Shown piece by piece: positions 63,735 to 64,000 of a stretch of DNA of 64,000 nucleotides; positions within the stretch are counted from its first letter, which is position 1; each line of letters starts with the position of its first letter. The position numbers and the translations under genes were made by a program. Below the pieces are notes generated by a model, which ran no database searches, was not told the DNA's origin, and saw only the letters and a program-made list of their open reading frames with translations. The stretch covers positions 75,084,001 through 75,148,000 of the forward strand of contig NC_058368.1 of the NCBI RefSeq assembly GCF_018350175.1. Direction: 5' to 3'. This stretch comes from Felis catus. Lineage: Eukaryota.

Positions 63735-64000
63735 CGAGCATATGCAGGGCGGGGGGCAGGGGGAGAGGGAGAGACAGAATCCCAAGCAGGCTCCACACTG
63801 TCGGCACAGAGCCCAACACGGGGCTCAATCTCACTAACGCTGAGATCATGACCTGAGCTGAAATCAAGAGTCAGACACAACTGACTGAGCCACCCAGGCA
63901 CCCTTATAACTCACATGTTGATCCTTGTTATTTTTCTTTAGGTTGTTTGATAATTTTTGAAATGCTGATTATGATGATTTTGCCAGACAAGAGTTTTTAA
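63470..64000 (-). mobile_element. Ancient L1M ORF2 fragment, interrupted by a SINE
   Basis: TTAATTTATATTTCTTGA..TTTTCTTTTGTGAGTCACATGCTCATATTTTTG..CAAGAGTTTTTAA resembles antisense L1. Confidence 0.55.
63648..63903 (-). mobile_element. Can-SINE with a long (GA)n
   Basis: Diverged TSD TATAACTAATATGT / TATAACTCACATGT. Confidence 0.95.

Overview
This is non-coding mammalian nuclear DNA, almost certainly from a felid (cat family). It holds about 30 carnivore tRNA-derived Can-SINEs, including near-consensus young SINEC_Fc-type copies with target-site duplications (TSDs). Older repeats (L2, MIR, L1M, MLT1 MaLR LTRs, MER5A1, MER20, MER91A), one clear and one probable solo LTR, and many microsatellites are also present. 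I found no credible protein-coding exon, RNA gene or CRISPR array, so the window is intergenic or deep intronic. I cannot support a new biological system here. The best leads are traces of mutational processes: a 79-nt pure poly(T) flanked by a perfect 16-bp TSD (a body-less retrotransposition), an ancient MLT1 LTR that looks GC/CpG-enriched (possible GC-biased gene conversion), a 51-bp-arm AT-rich palindrome, an LTR inside a SINE tail, several perfect tandem duplications and a strong CTCF-like motif inside an L2 relic. Repeat family names come from remembered consensus sequences and need RepeatMasker/Dfam confirmation. Boundaries of old repeats are approximate.
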